NCBI RefSeq assembly: GCF_006345805.1
Contig: NC_043012.1
Coordinates: 23,684,001 to 23,748,000, forward strand
DNA length: 64,000 nucleotides
Direction of reading: 5' to 3'
DNA from: Octopus sinensis
Lineage: Eukaryota
Each line of letters starts with the position of its first letter. Position 1 is the stretch's first letter. The position numbers and the translations under genes are program-made. This document shows, in pieces, positions 26,140-36,850 of the stretch. The notes under the pieces are model-generated. The model ran no database searches. It was not told where the DNA came from and saw only the letters and a list, made by a program, of their open reading frames with translations.

Positions 26140-26380
26140 GCAAAGGACGCCGGGCTGCAGGATCATTAGCATGCCGGGCAAAATGTTTAGTGGTATTTCA
26201 TCTGTTCTTACATTCTGAGTTCTGCCAAGGTCAACCTTGCTTTCATCCTTAAATAATTATTTCATCAATTAAATAAGTAGCAGTTACGCACTGGGCTCAA
26301 TGTAATCGACTTAATCCCTTTGCCTGTCCTTATTTGTCCCCTCTATGTTTAGACCCCTGTGGGCAATAAAGAAATAAATG
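26140..26380 (+). mobile_element. Family B SINE (sense)
   Basis: cgggctgcaggatcattagcatgccgggcaaaatg...gccaaggtcaaccttgctttcatcc...cactgggctcaatgtaatcgacttaatccc...ggcaataaagaaat. Confidence 0.85.
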
Positions 26381-26947
26381 CCTGTGAACATAGTGACCAC
26401 TATAAGCCATCAAAAGAGTCTGTTTGAGCAAGCATAATCAGATGATGATGATAAAGAAATAGTTTGATAAATATTCTACAGAAATACTTGCCAATGCAGA
26501 CTATCACTGTATTACCAAGTCTAGGAATTATATTTCAATGATGGACTCTTTAGATAAAAACAGCTTTATAAATATTGCAAAGAAATACATTTCTTGCCTG
26601 CTCCAATATTCCCCTATGTCATAAAGGTATTTGATCATCAATAACAATTTCACTTTTATTATTTGGCTTTCTATTCTTAATATATTATTCAAACGTTGTA
26701 AATTTTAGGGAATTTGCTGAGTGAGTGATTTAGTTGTTAAATCACTAACTCACCACTGTAGCCGCTGCCGCCGCCGCCACCGCCACCGCCACCGCCACCA
26801 CCACCACCACCACCACCACCACAATAGAGATTTGCTTGTACATCTGTCTTGATACTTGTTGTTCTGTATTTTGTTTGCGTATTGTTGACATTAATGGACA
26901 GGCATTAAACAAGTTTCAATATGCTAAATTAGTCCAAGACAGATACT

Positions 26948-27240
26948 TTATTTATATTATTTACATTTGACAGATATTTATCCTCATCTTGATTGTTGTT
27001 AACACAATGTTTCAGCTGATATACCCTCCAGCTTTCTTCAGGTGTCTTGAGGAAATTTCAAACCTGGGTCCCTCATTCCTAAGGTATTTTTTGATGTTGT
27101 TGTTATTATTATTATTATTATTATTATTCAGGTCACTGCTTGGAATCGAACTCGGAATCTTGGGGTTAGTAGCCCACGCTCTTAACCACTACGCCAAAAT
27201 TCCGAGTTCGATTCCAAGCAGTGACCTGAATAATAACAAT

Positions 27241-27281
<41 letters not shown>

Positions 27282-27454
27282 CATTGAAAAATACCTTAGG
27301 AACAAGAACTCATGTTCGAAATTCCTCAAGACACCTGAAGAAGGCTGGAGGGTATATCATCCGAAACATAGTGTTAACAACAAACAAGATGAGAACAAAT
27401 ATCCGCCAAAGGTAAATAATGTACATAATTCCTCATCTCTTAAATATAGAACTG
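26948..27454. mobile_element. Fold-back element: tRNA-like head, TAA spacer and hammerhead-like motif in two inverted copies, flanked by a 13-bp direct repeat
   Basis: Arms about 26956-27158 and 27199-27422 are reverse complements. CAAGACAGATACT occurs at 26935-26947 and 27455-27467. The tRNA-like head is on the minus strand at 27195-27130. Confidence 0.85.
27330..27375 (+). ncRNA. Minimal type I hammerhead-ribozyme-like motif
   Basis: GACAC-CTGAAGA-a-ggctg(gagggtatat)catcc-GAAAC-ATA-GTGTT: stem I GACAC/GTGTT, core CUGAAGA, stem II, GAAA. The mirror copy lies on the minus strand at about 26999-27046. Both copies carry ACAT instead of palindromic ACGT in stem III. Confidence 0.6.
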
Positions 27455-28339
27455 CAAGACAGATACTATTACAAAATATAGCAGCCTTCAACTGTGATTC
27501 AATGCCATACATCAAACAAGCGACCACAGAAACTGGAGAAAAGAGGATGACTAACAAGAGATTGTTTATTGAAAGATGAAATCTAAACTTACAAACTTGC
27601 AGATGGTGAAATATTGAATATCTGCTGCTTTTGTAGACAGAAACAATATTGAAAATGAAGAATTTGTATGAAGTATAAACAGAAAGTGAGCAATTAATGA
27701 TAAAATGAAGTTATTTTACGTACAGATAGTTTTAGGAAAACAAACAATGGAAATGAAGATGGACATAGCCAGAAGTGCAAAAGGTATTTGGTGACAGAAA
27801 CAAAGAGGTTTCTACCAGCAGCTTTGGATAGAGGATTCAGTGCAAATTCATTTAAAGATATTTATCATCAAAGTCGACCTCTGAGTTCAAATTCCACCAA
27901 GGTTGACTTTGCCTTTCATCCTTTCGGGGTTGATAAATTAAGTACCAGTGACGCACTGGGGTTGATGTAATCGACGTAATCCGTTTGTCTGTACTTGTGT
28001 TTAGCCCCTTGTGGACAATAAAGAAATAGGTATTTATCATCCGGAAATGAAACCAATGTTGTCTTTGAGGAAAGAAAGCAAAGAATGGTATGGTACCTTC
28101 TTGATTTTTATCATCATTATTTTAAGATCTATGTCTCCATGCTTGAATGGGTCGGAGAAAGTTCACTGAGGCAGATTATTCACACCCAAATGCCCTTTCT
28201 GTCACTAACCTCATCTGTTTTCAGGCAAGGTTAACATTTTCCCCGTCACCAGACATGCTTTTTCAGAACAATCTGCATTAATGTACTCAAATGCTTGCAT
28301 TTCATCTAATTATTTAAGTAAATTTAGTATTTACTCTTT

Positions 28340-28682
28340 TACTCTATTACTCTTTTACTTGTTTCAGTCATTTGACAGCAGCCATGCTGGAGCACCGCCT
28401 TTAGTCGAGCAAATCGACCCCGGGACTTATTCTTTGTAAGCCCAGGACTTATTCTATCGGTCTCTTTTGCTGAACCGCTATGTGACGGGGACGTAAATAC
28501 ACCAGCATCAGTTGTCAAGCGATGCTAGGGGGACAAACACAGACACACAAACACACACCAAATCCACTCACAAGGCATTGGTTGGCCCAGGGCTATAGCA
28601 AAAGAAACTTGCCCAAGATGCCACACAGTGGGACTGAACCCGGAACCATGTGGTTGATTAGCAAGCTACTTACCACACAGTC
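28340..28682 (-). mobile_element. Family A SINE
   Basis: Same sequence as 1745-2143, with a deletion around the internal microsatellite. Confidence 0.9.
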
Positions 28683-28888
28683 ATTCCTTGTTGAATTTTT
28701 AGTATGTTAGCCAAAGTGATCACACCTGGTTTAGAAACATCAGCAATCAGAAAAGGCTTTGGAACCAATGGTTCCCAAGAATCAGTGTTGTATTTGTATT
28801 TGGAAATTTTCAAAACACAAACAGGAAGGATGAGAAAATGCAGATGGTATTGCTTGATAATGAAACAGGAAAATACCATTTATATATA

Positions 28889-29725
28889 CAGGATGCAGTG
28901 AATATATTGGTGCCTAAATTATGCTAAAATGAAAATAACACTGATATCTAGTTTTAACAGATATAGTTACCAGAATTTCATAAAAATATCTTGAAATACT
29001 AAAGAGTAAATTTATTCAATAACAATAAGACTGCCATTGGCTTCAACCATGGCCCCCAGACGACTTTGGAATTTCCTGCAACTCTTCTGGATGGTATCCT
29101 TGTTTAAGTTGGTGAATGCTGCCATAATGCTTGCCTTCAGTTCATCTTTGGTGTTACAAGGAGTTTTGTTGGTCTTTTGTTCAACTGTGCCTCATACATA
29201 ATAATCAAGGGGATTGCAGTCTGGGGAGTTAGGTAGCCAGATTTGATTTCAGGTGTGATGTGGTTGCAGAAATTGTCTGACAGCCATGACTCAGTTTTCC
29301 TGCTTGTGTGCTTGTAGTCAGACATAAGGTCTTCCAGCAGACACCCTCTTCACCAAGGGCAAACTCCTCCAGGCACTTGATGTAGAACTCCATGTTTAGT
29401 CTGAGGCCATGTGGGAAGATGAATGGAGGCATAACATCACCATCGCTAGTGATTACACCAAACTCTATGATGTTGACTGGATGTTTGCTTTTTATCACTC
29501 TTGGTACATGACCTCAGATTGACATCCGCACACACTGGTGTGAATGCCAAGCAGTACAGCATATCATTTCCAAATTCTTCGCAAAGCGAATTGCATCATG
29601 GTACTGTTTTTCACACAGATGGTACCCAACTGACCCTACTATACTGTGTAGTGAACAAAATCAAAAACAAACAATGCGCATACACGAAATAAAAAATATA
29701 AAATGGCGACAATTTACCCATTGCA

Positions 29726-29730
<5 letters not shown>
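28889..29730 (-). mobile_element. Internally deleted Tc1/mariner-superfamily DNA transposon (DDxD, maT-like)
   Basis: Minus strand gives KSKHPVNIIEFGVITSDGDVMPPFIFPHGLRLN..YIKCLEE...HTSRKTESWLSDNFCNHITP...PNSPDCNPLDYYV*GTVE...AMVEANGSLIVE*, with frameshifts. Degenerate ~26-bp TIRs (caggatgcagtgaatatattggtgcc vs rc tagggttgcaatgggtaaattgtcgcc) abut TA. Confidence 0.88.
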
Positions 29731-29776
<46 letters not shown>

Positions 29777-30049
29777 ACAAGTAAACCCCATCTTGAAAGC
29801 CTCAATATTTACATCAGTGTTTCAATTGGTTTGATATCCAGTCACCATTGAACAACTTAAAAGTAATAAAATAGATGTAAAATACTGAAAAGTAATTCTA
29901 AAGATGAGATTAATTATAAAAAGAAAAAAAATCAATCAATAATTATAATCTTATTAATAACAACAACAACTCATTTCTGACATTTCGACATTTAAAAAAA
30001 AAAAAATAAAAGCATTTTTGTTTTTTAATCATCATTGTTTGGCAAGAAT

Positions 30050-30900
30050 AGTAATTTTGGCGGGAGGGGTCAAGTCAACTGGATTGACATCGGTTCTTGA
30101 CTGGTACTTTTTTTTTAGTTTTTATTGACTTTGAAAGGATGAAAGGCAAAAACTGACCCCAAAAGGGTTTGGGCTGAGAATGTAATATGAAGCAGAAGAA
30201 ATGCCACAAGACATCTTCTCCAACTTACTAATAATTCTGCAACTCACTGCCTTAAATAAACCTTTCTACTAAAAGTGCAGAGCCTGAAATTTGCGGGGAG
30301 GGGAAAAGTCGATTACATTGACCCCCAATGTTTCACTGATACTTAACCCTTTTTGTTACCAATCCGGCTGAAACCGGCTCTGGCTCTGTAGTACAAATGT
30401 CTTGTTTTCATAAGTTTGGAATTAAAATCTTCCACCAAACCTTAGTCACAATTTATGTTCCTAACACTAGCTGAATGATAACTAAGTTATTTTACTAAAT
30501 TCTTTGTTATATTTAAAGTACTTGAAAGAAACACAGAGCATCTCAAAATAAATACAGTAACAAAAGGGTTAATGTATCGACCCAGAAAGGATGAAAGGCA
30601 AAGTCAACCTTGCTGGAATTTAAACTCACAACGTAGCTATGGGTGAAATAACTGCCTTAAATAACAATAATAATGAAAACAATTCTTTCTAATTTTGGCA
30701 CAAGGTTAGCAATATTTACAAGAGAGAGAGAGACAGACAGACAGATAGAGGAGGTTAATCACATTGACCCAGTACACAACTGGTACTTTATTTTGTCCAC
30801 GCTGAAAGGATGAAAGGCAAAGTTGATCTTAGAAGCATTTGATTTCAAAAGGAAAAAAAGTGGAAGAAACGCTGCTAAGTATTTCTGTCAGACATGCAAA
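30050..30900 (-). mobile_element. Tandem cluster of family B SINEs (three copies, the middle one split by a MITE)
   Basis: aaggatgaaaggcaaa recurs at about 30135, 30585 and 30805, with matching heads and tails. Confidence 0.85.
30347..30568. mobile_element. piggyBac-like MITE with TTAA TSD, nested in a family B SINE
   Basis: TTAA|ccctttttgttac ... gtaacaaaaggg|TTAA. The empty site restores gatacTTAAtgtatcgaccc of the SINE. Confidence 0.9.
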
Positions 30901-30934
30901 TGATAATAACGATGATGATGATGATTGTTTCTAC

Positions 30935-31065
30935 CCTGAAAAATTATCATAACCATCTGGAACAGTTGGATACCAAGAAAGACTGTGTGTGAGTTCAAAA
31001 ACAAAAATAATTCTCGCCATGGAAAAAAGCTCATATTTTTAGAAAGGTACATTTTTTTTCTGTAT
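30935..31065 (+). mobile_element. Highly decayed R4/Dong-like 3' ORF fragment
   Basis: KNYHNHLEQLD...(frameshifts)...LAMEKAHIFRKV resembles the L(G/A)TAHILRKVL terminus. Confidence 0.4.
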
Positions 31066-31251
31066 CAGGGCTTTTTTTTGTTAAAGCTTGACAATTAGTT
31101 TGAAGAAAAAGAAAAAAAAAAGAAGAAAAAAAAGAAACTACAAAAGCCAATCTTTATTTCATTCTGTACAATGAAGAAATAATCATAGGAACGAGAAGAA
31201 CACACAAATGAAAGACAAGGGAAGAAGAATAATAATGATAATGATGATGAT

Positions 31252-31282
<31 letters not shown>

Positions 31283-31929
31283 GGGAGGAGGAAGAGGTTA
31301 TTAGTTCAAACTTTATGGAAGGTATATTTTTGGGTGCAATCCAATTAGAGCTAGAATCAAGTTGAACAGTTAGTGCACGGTGTATTCTATGGAAATGCAG
31401 TTTTGCTTTTATAGAAAATATGTATGACGAAGTTGACTGCTGTCTGGTGATGCAGAGAAGAAAGAGAGAAAGAGAGAAAGAAGGACATGTATGCAATTAT
31501 CATCATCACCACTACCATAAACATCACTGCTATTACCACCATCATTAGTAGTTAAGACTAGCAATAATCCTTTCTAATTTTGGCAAAAGACCCAGAAATT
31601 TTGAGGGGAGGGGGCCAAGACCATTACATTGACTCCAGTCCTTGAGTGGCACTTATTTTACCGACCTTGGAAGAATGAAAGACAAAGATTACGCTGATGG
31701 AATCCAAACTCAGGGAGTAGTGACTTGGAAGAAATACCACTAGGCATTTTGTCCAATGCACTAATGATTCTGCAGCAGCAGCAGCAGGAGTAGGGCAAGG
31801 AATTTGCAGAATCATTAGAACATTGGACAATATGTCCCATGGTATATTTGTTCTGGTTCTTGATATCCCAAGTTCAAATCCAGCCGGGGATCAACGTTTT
31901 CTTACATCCTTTTGACAATGATAAACATA

Positions 31930-32300
31930 AAGCTTATCATTGTCCAGGGTCGGCAGAGAATTAATGGGATTGCCAGAGCATTTGAAAAAACAAATTATTC
32001 CCTTGTCCAATTCCTTTGATACTTCAATTTCCCACTCTCTCTCTAAATATATCTTGCTTAAACTGACCCCAATCCTAACTTTCCTGGCCCTACTTCCCCA
32101 CAAACTCTCTCAGACTTTAATCCTCATTATCTTTTTAGCATATTACTTTCTCACCCAAGAATCTTAGCTTGGCATTTTCACCTTCCTTCTCTCTCTCTCC
32201 CTCTCTTTCTTTTCCCTTATGACACCCCACCTGTATCTTTTCTGTCTTACCCCTAGTCCTAGGTGTTTTCCATAACCCTGTAAGTATTTTTCATTTTTTG
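31930..32300 (+). mobile_element. Decayed Penelope-like GIY-YIG tail
   Basis: GRELMGLPEHLKK...YFNF.HSLS...KL.SDFNPHYLFSIL echoes GR.L..R..EHL...HFN...HS...KL.T..P.GLN. A CT-rich UTR follows. Confidence 0.4.
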
Positions 32301-32892
32301 TCTCTGTTTGACACTTAATCCTTTGGTGTTCAGATTACTCTGTCAAATGTAATGCTTATTTATTCACCTTGTCTTGAATTAATCCTGCATTATCTCATAG
32401 CTTTAAGATGTATGTCTGTTTGAACCCTCACTGCTTGACAGTTGGTGTTGTTTTGTTTACATCCCTGAAATTTAGTGGTTTTGGCAATAGGGAGTGTTAG
32501 AACTAGACTTATTAAAAAAACAGAAGAACCGGAGCTGATTTTCTTGACTATGCCCTGCAAAGCAGAGCCCCAGAAGGGCTGCAGTCCAATGATTGAAACA
32601 TGTAACAGAATAGAAGAAGAATGGTTTCAACGAATGTGAAGATTTGTTATTGCTGTAATGGATTTGCTCACAAGTCTGCCAATAAATTATAACTTGGAGT
32701 TAAAAAACAGCAACAACAATATGAAAATAACAAATTATAAACAAATTGTTTTATATTATTTCTTAGAAAAAAAAATCATTTCCAAAGTAAAACAAAAATT
32801 AAATTGACAATATAATTTGTACATCTGGAACCAAAGGAAATAAGGAGACCGGTTCTACTACATTTCTTCCCTCCATCTGCCATTTCAAACAG

Positions 32893-32989
32893 TATTTGCC
32901 TACTGGCCTAGAATACTGCCGAGATGACATACTTACTGAACAACAATGAAGAATGAAAGAAACTTCAAGAGAACCAGTGTAATTTCCAG
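32893..32989 (+). other. Candidate 97-nt exon
   Basis: tttcttccctccatctgccatttcaaacAG | TATTTGCC...AATTTCCAG | GTgaga. All three frames contain a stop (frame 0 reads YLPTGLEYCRDDILTEQQ*). An internal ATG gives MKNERNFKRTSVIS up to the donor. Confidence 0.25.
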
Positions 32990-33286
32990 GTGAGAACCAA
33001 CAGATAAACTGACAAACACTGCAGAAGATTGAGGCGGAGGTGAATCTATGAGCATCAGCAATTTGTTGAAATAGAGAGAAAATCCAGTATACACATAAAA
33101 GAGAAACTGAGACATAGAGTTTCATGTGTGTGTGTGTGTGTGTGTATATCTGTATGTGTGTAAGTATGTCTGTGGCATAATATATATATATAAATACATA
33201 CACACACACCCACATATATATATATACCCATATAATATATATATATATATATACTCATATATATATATAAATATATATATATACTC

Positions 33287-33317
<31 letters not shown>

Positions 33318-33385
33318 TTCTTATATATATATATATTCATATATTATATTCTCATATATATATATGTATTCTTATATATATATTT

Positions 33386-33435
<50 letters not shown>

Positions 33436-33829
33436 TCGAAATCGATCAATGGAAATCGATCAATGGAAATTGCAGATGTGTTTTACCAGTGCCGGTGGCA
33501 TGTAAGAGAACTTTCCGTTTCGCGACTGTTGCCAGCACCGCCCCGTTTCGTGTCCGTTGCCAGCTCGCCTGGCCCTCGTGCCGGTGGCAATAAAAAGCAC
33601 CATCCGTTCGTGGCCGTTTGCCAGCTCTGTCTGGCACCAGTGCGGGTGGCACATAAAAAGCACCCACTACACTCACGGAGTGGTTGGCGTTAGGAAGGGC
33701 ATCCAGCCGTAGAAACACTGCCAGATTTGACTGGGCCTGATGAAGCCTTCTGGCTTCACAGACCCCAGTAGAACCGTCCAACCCATGCTAGCATGGAAAC
33801 GGATCTAAATGATGATGATGATGATGATG
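33436..33829 (+). mobile_element. SINE-like family C, near full length
   Basis: gaaatcgatcaatggaaattgcag...gtgccggtggca subrepeats...gcgttaggaagggcatccagccgtagaaacactgccag...gcatggaaacgg...(gat)n. Confidence 0.9.
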
Positions 33830-33842
33830 ATATATATATATT

Positions 33843-33873
<31 letters not shown>

Positions 33874-33980
33874 TCTTATATATATATATATATTTTCTCA
33901 TATATATATATATTTTCTCATATATATAATATATTTTCTCCATATATATATATATATTTTCTCATATATATATTATATTT

Positions 33981-34026
<46 letters not shown>

Positions 34027-34146
34027 CTTATATATATATATATATATATATTCTCATATATATATATATATATTCTCATATATATATATATATATATTCT
34101 TATATATATATATATATATTCTATATATCTATATATATATTCTCAT

Positions 34147-34196
<50 letters not shown>

Positions 34197-34200
34197 TCTC
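33830..34200. repeat. (TA)n array punctuated by TTCTC/TTCTT units
   Basis: The unit tattttctca(ta)n repeats many times; a related tract lies at about 33250-33430. Confidence 0.9.
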
Positions 34201-34495
34201 TCACAACATTCTTTTAAAAACTACTTTACATTCTAAGCCATGTCTTTTTTTTTTTTGTTCATGGCGTATGTGTTTTTTAATTCCTCTTTCTTTTACATTT
34301 TCTTGGAAATTGCACGTATCAGCTTCACTTATCCTCTGCCAATTAATGAAAGTAACCCACCTGCTTCAGTCTTGTTCCAAATACAAATAACTTCCTTGTT
34401 TTCGTTCTGTTGGTGTTTGTGTAGGTTTCGTTGTTTATTAGTATGGGTATTTTAGTTTTTGCCTAGATTTTTGTCAAGATTTAATTATTATTTAC

Positions 34496-34526
<31 letters not shown>

Positions 34527-34650
34527 TTTATTTTTTTTTTTTGGTATTTTAGCTTCCAAACTAAAAAAAAATAACAGAAACTCATGAAGACTTCTATGCT
34601 CTAATGTTCTTCACATTATAAATTAAACAAAAACATGTGGAAATACATAC

Positions 34651-34729
<79 letters not shown>

Positions 34730-34945
34730 ATATATAGATAGATAGATATATTTTTTATATATTTATATAAACATACAAAGAAACGTACATGCTTGTGTGT
34801 GTGCGTGTGTGTGTACATGCATGTGATAGTTTATAAAAATGAGTATGACTGTGTATATAATCATACAAAAAAAAATTCATATGTAAGGGTACATAAGCTG
34901 TATGTGTAGACAGAGGAAAACACACACAAACAATCATATATATAT

Positions 34946-34984
<39 letters not shown>

Positions 34985-35024
34985 CATGCACACACATAAG
35001 TACATAGGTACACGCATTTACATT

Positions 35025-35059
<35 letters not shown>

Positions 35060-35644
35060 ATAGATATATATGTATATATGTATGTGTGTGTGTTCATGTG
35101 TATGTGAAATACATATTCTTTCGGATGCTTAGCATTGCATCTCTCATTTTTTTCTGATACTTTTTCTTTTTTCCATTTTATTTTTCTCATTTAATACAAT
35201 GTGCTTCGATGTATTTGTTGCATCATTTTTTTTTTTTACTTTCAGACTCCTTTCAAAAGACATCTAGAAAACTCTCACTGCATTTTTAAGCCAAAAACTG
35301 GTGGAAAGTTTAATAATGTTGAAGAAAAAAAAAAAAAAATCTTTAAAATATCTAACAAAATAATAAATACATAAAATCATTCTATACATATTTGAGAGGA
35401 AACTAATTCACATTGTTATTATAGGTTCATTTATTCATTAATTTTAAATTCATTATTTCGTTGAGTGGAAATATCAAATATGCAGAAGCCACACTGCGCA
35501 AGAAATGCAGAGAAGGGTAGTTCAGTCCAACTCATTGCTTCACAAGAACCAATTCTGCAGACAGGGCAAGGAATTGGGTTTGAAAGAAGCAAGCATTTAC
35601 ATGGCCACAGTCTCTGGCTGAGATTGATAATAATAATCATAATC

Positions 35645-36300
35645 TTTTCTATTATAGGCACAAGGCCTGGAATTTATGGGGAGGGAGATAATAGATTACA
35701 TTGACCTCAGTACGTGACTGGTACTTAATTTATCAACTGCAAGAGAAACAAAGCTGAACTCGACCTCAGCGGAGTTTGAACTCAGAATGTAGCTGCAGAT
35801 GAAATGAAATACTGCTAAGCATTCTGCCTGGTGTGCTAACCATTCTGCCAGCTCACTGCAGCAATAACAACAACAACAACAAGACTGTAGAGACAGAAGT
35901 GTGACCTTATAGTGCGGTAAAGATGATTGCTTTTAAATCACATGGTTCCGGGATCAGTCCCAATGTGTGATGCCTAGAGCAACCGCAAGCGTCATCTACT
36001 GAAAGCCCCAGGTCAACCAAAGAATTATGAGTGAATTTGCTAGACAGAAACTGAAAGAAGCCCATTTGCGTGTGAGTTTGCATATCTTTATGTGCATGTC
36101 TTTGTGTCTACTCCTCACCACCACTTGACAACCAGTGTTGGTTTGTTCACATCTCTGTAACTCAGTTGTTTGGCAAAAGAGATCAATACAATAAGTAGAA
36201 GGCTTTAAAAAAATAAGTTCTGAGAGTGAGGCTTTCAACTACGGTCCTAAAAGGTGGAGTTCAAGTATGGCTGCAGTCAAATGACTGAAATGAGTAGAAT
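35645..36300. mobile_element. Family B SINE (minus, 35645-35860) followed by a decayed family A SINE (plus, about 35905-36300)
   Basis: The diagnostic blocks of both families described above are present. Confidence 0.8.
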
Positions 36301-36395
36301 ATATTATGGTAGTCGCCTGCAGTAAAAGAAAAACGGTTCTGCAATTACTTGCTGAACAACGTGAACAAATGATTCTGTTTATAGTGATCAAGTGT

Positions 36396-36850
36396 ATCAT
36401 CATCATCATCATCATTGTTGTTTAACGTCCGCTTTCCATGCTAGCATGAGTTGGACGATTTTGACTGAGGGCTGGTGAACCAGATGGCTGCACCAGGCCC
36501 CAATCTTGATCTGGTAGAGTTTCTACAGCTGGATGCCCTTCCTACAGCCAACCACTCCGAGAGTGTAGTGGGTGCTTTTTACGTGCCACCGGCACGGGGC
36601 TAGTCAGGTGGTAGTGGCAATGACCTCACTTGAATCTTTTTACACATGCCACCGGCACAGGTGCCAGTAAGGCGACGTTGGTAACGATCACGCTCGAATG
36701 GTGCCCTTCTACGTGCCACTGGCACAGAAGCCAGTTAGTTGCTCTGGCAACGATCATGTTCGGATAGTACTCTTGGCACCCTACTAGCACAGGCACAAGT
36801 GCCAGTAAGGTCACGCAGGTAACGATCACACTCGAATGGTGCCCTTTTAT
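36396..36850 (-). mobile_element. SINE-like family C (antisense)
   Basis: (cat)n-gtttaacgtccgctttccatgctagcatg...ctacagctggatgcccttcc...gtgccaccggcac subrepeats. Further antisense copies lie at about 25498-25682, 38402-38905, 40660-40905 and 42838-43005. Confidence 0.9.

Noticed and set aside
27130-27195. Possible tRNA gene
   Set aside because: A and B boxes are present, but the anticodon stem is imperfect and there is no proper acceptor stem. Treated as a tRNA-derived element head.
26989-27579. 196-aa ORF
   Set aside because: It runs through the fold-back element, its TTA/TAA repeats and flank; the self-complementary origin explains the poly-L and poly-N runs.
27470-27850. Purine-rich stretch suggestive of a very old LINE remnant
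   Set aside because: Multiple stops occur in all frames and no RT motif could be confirmed.
35465-35635. Open frame EWKYQICRSHTAQEMQRRVVQSN... before a TAA tail, possibly another LINE 3' end
   Set aside because: No diagnostic motif (for example TAHILR or PD..D) could be matched by eye.
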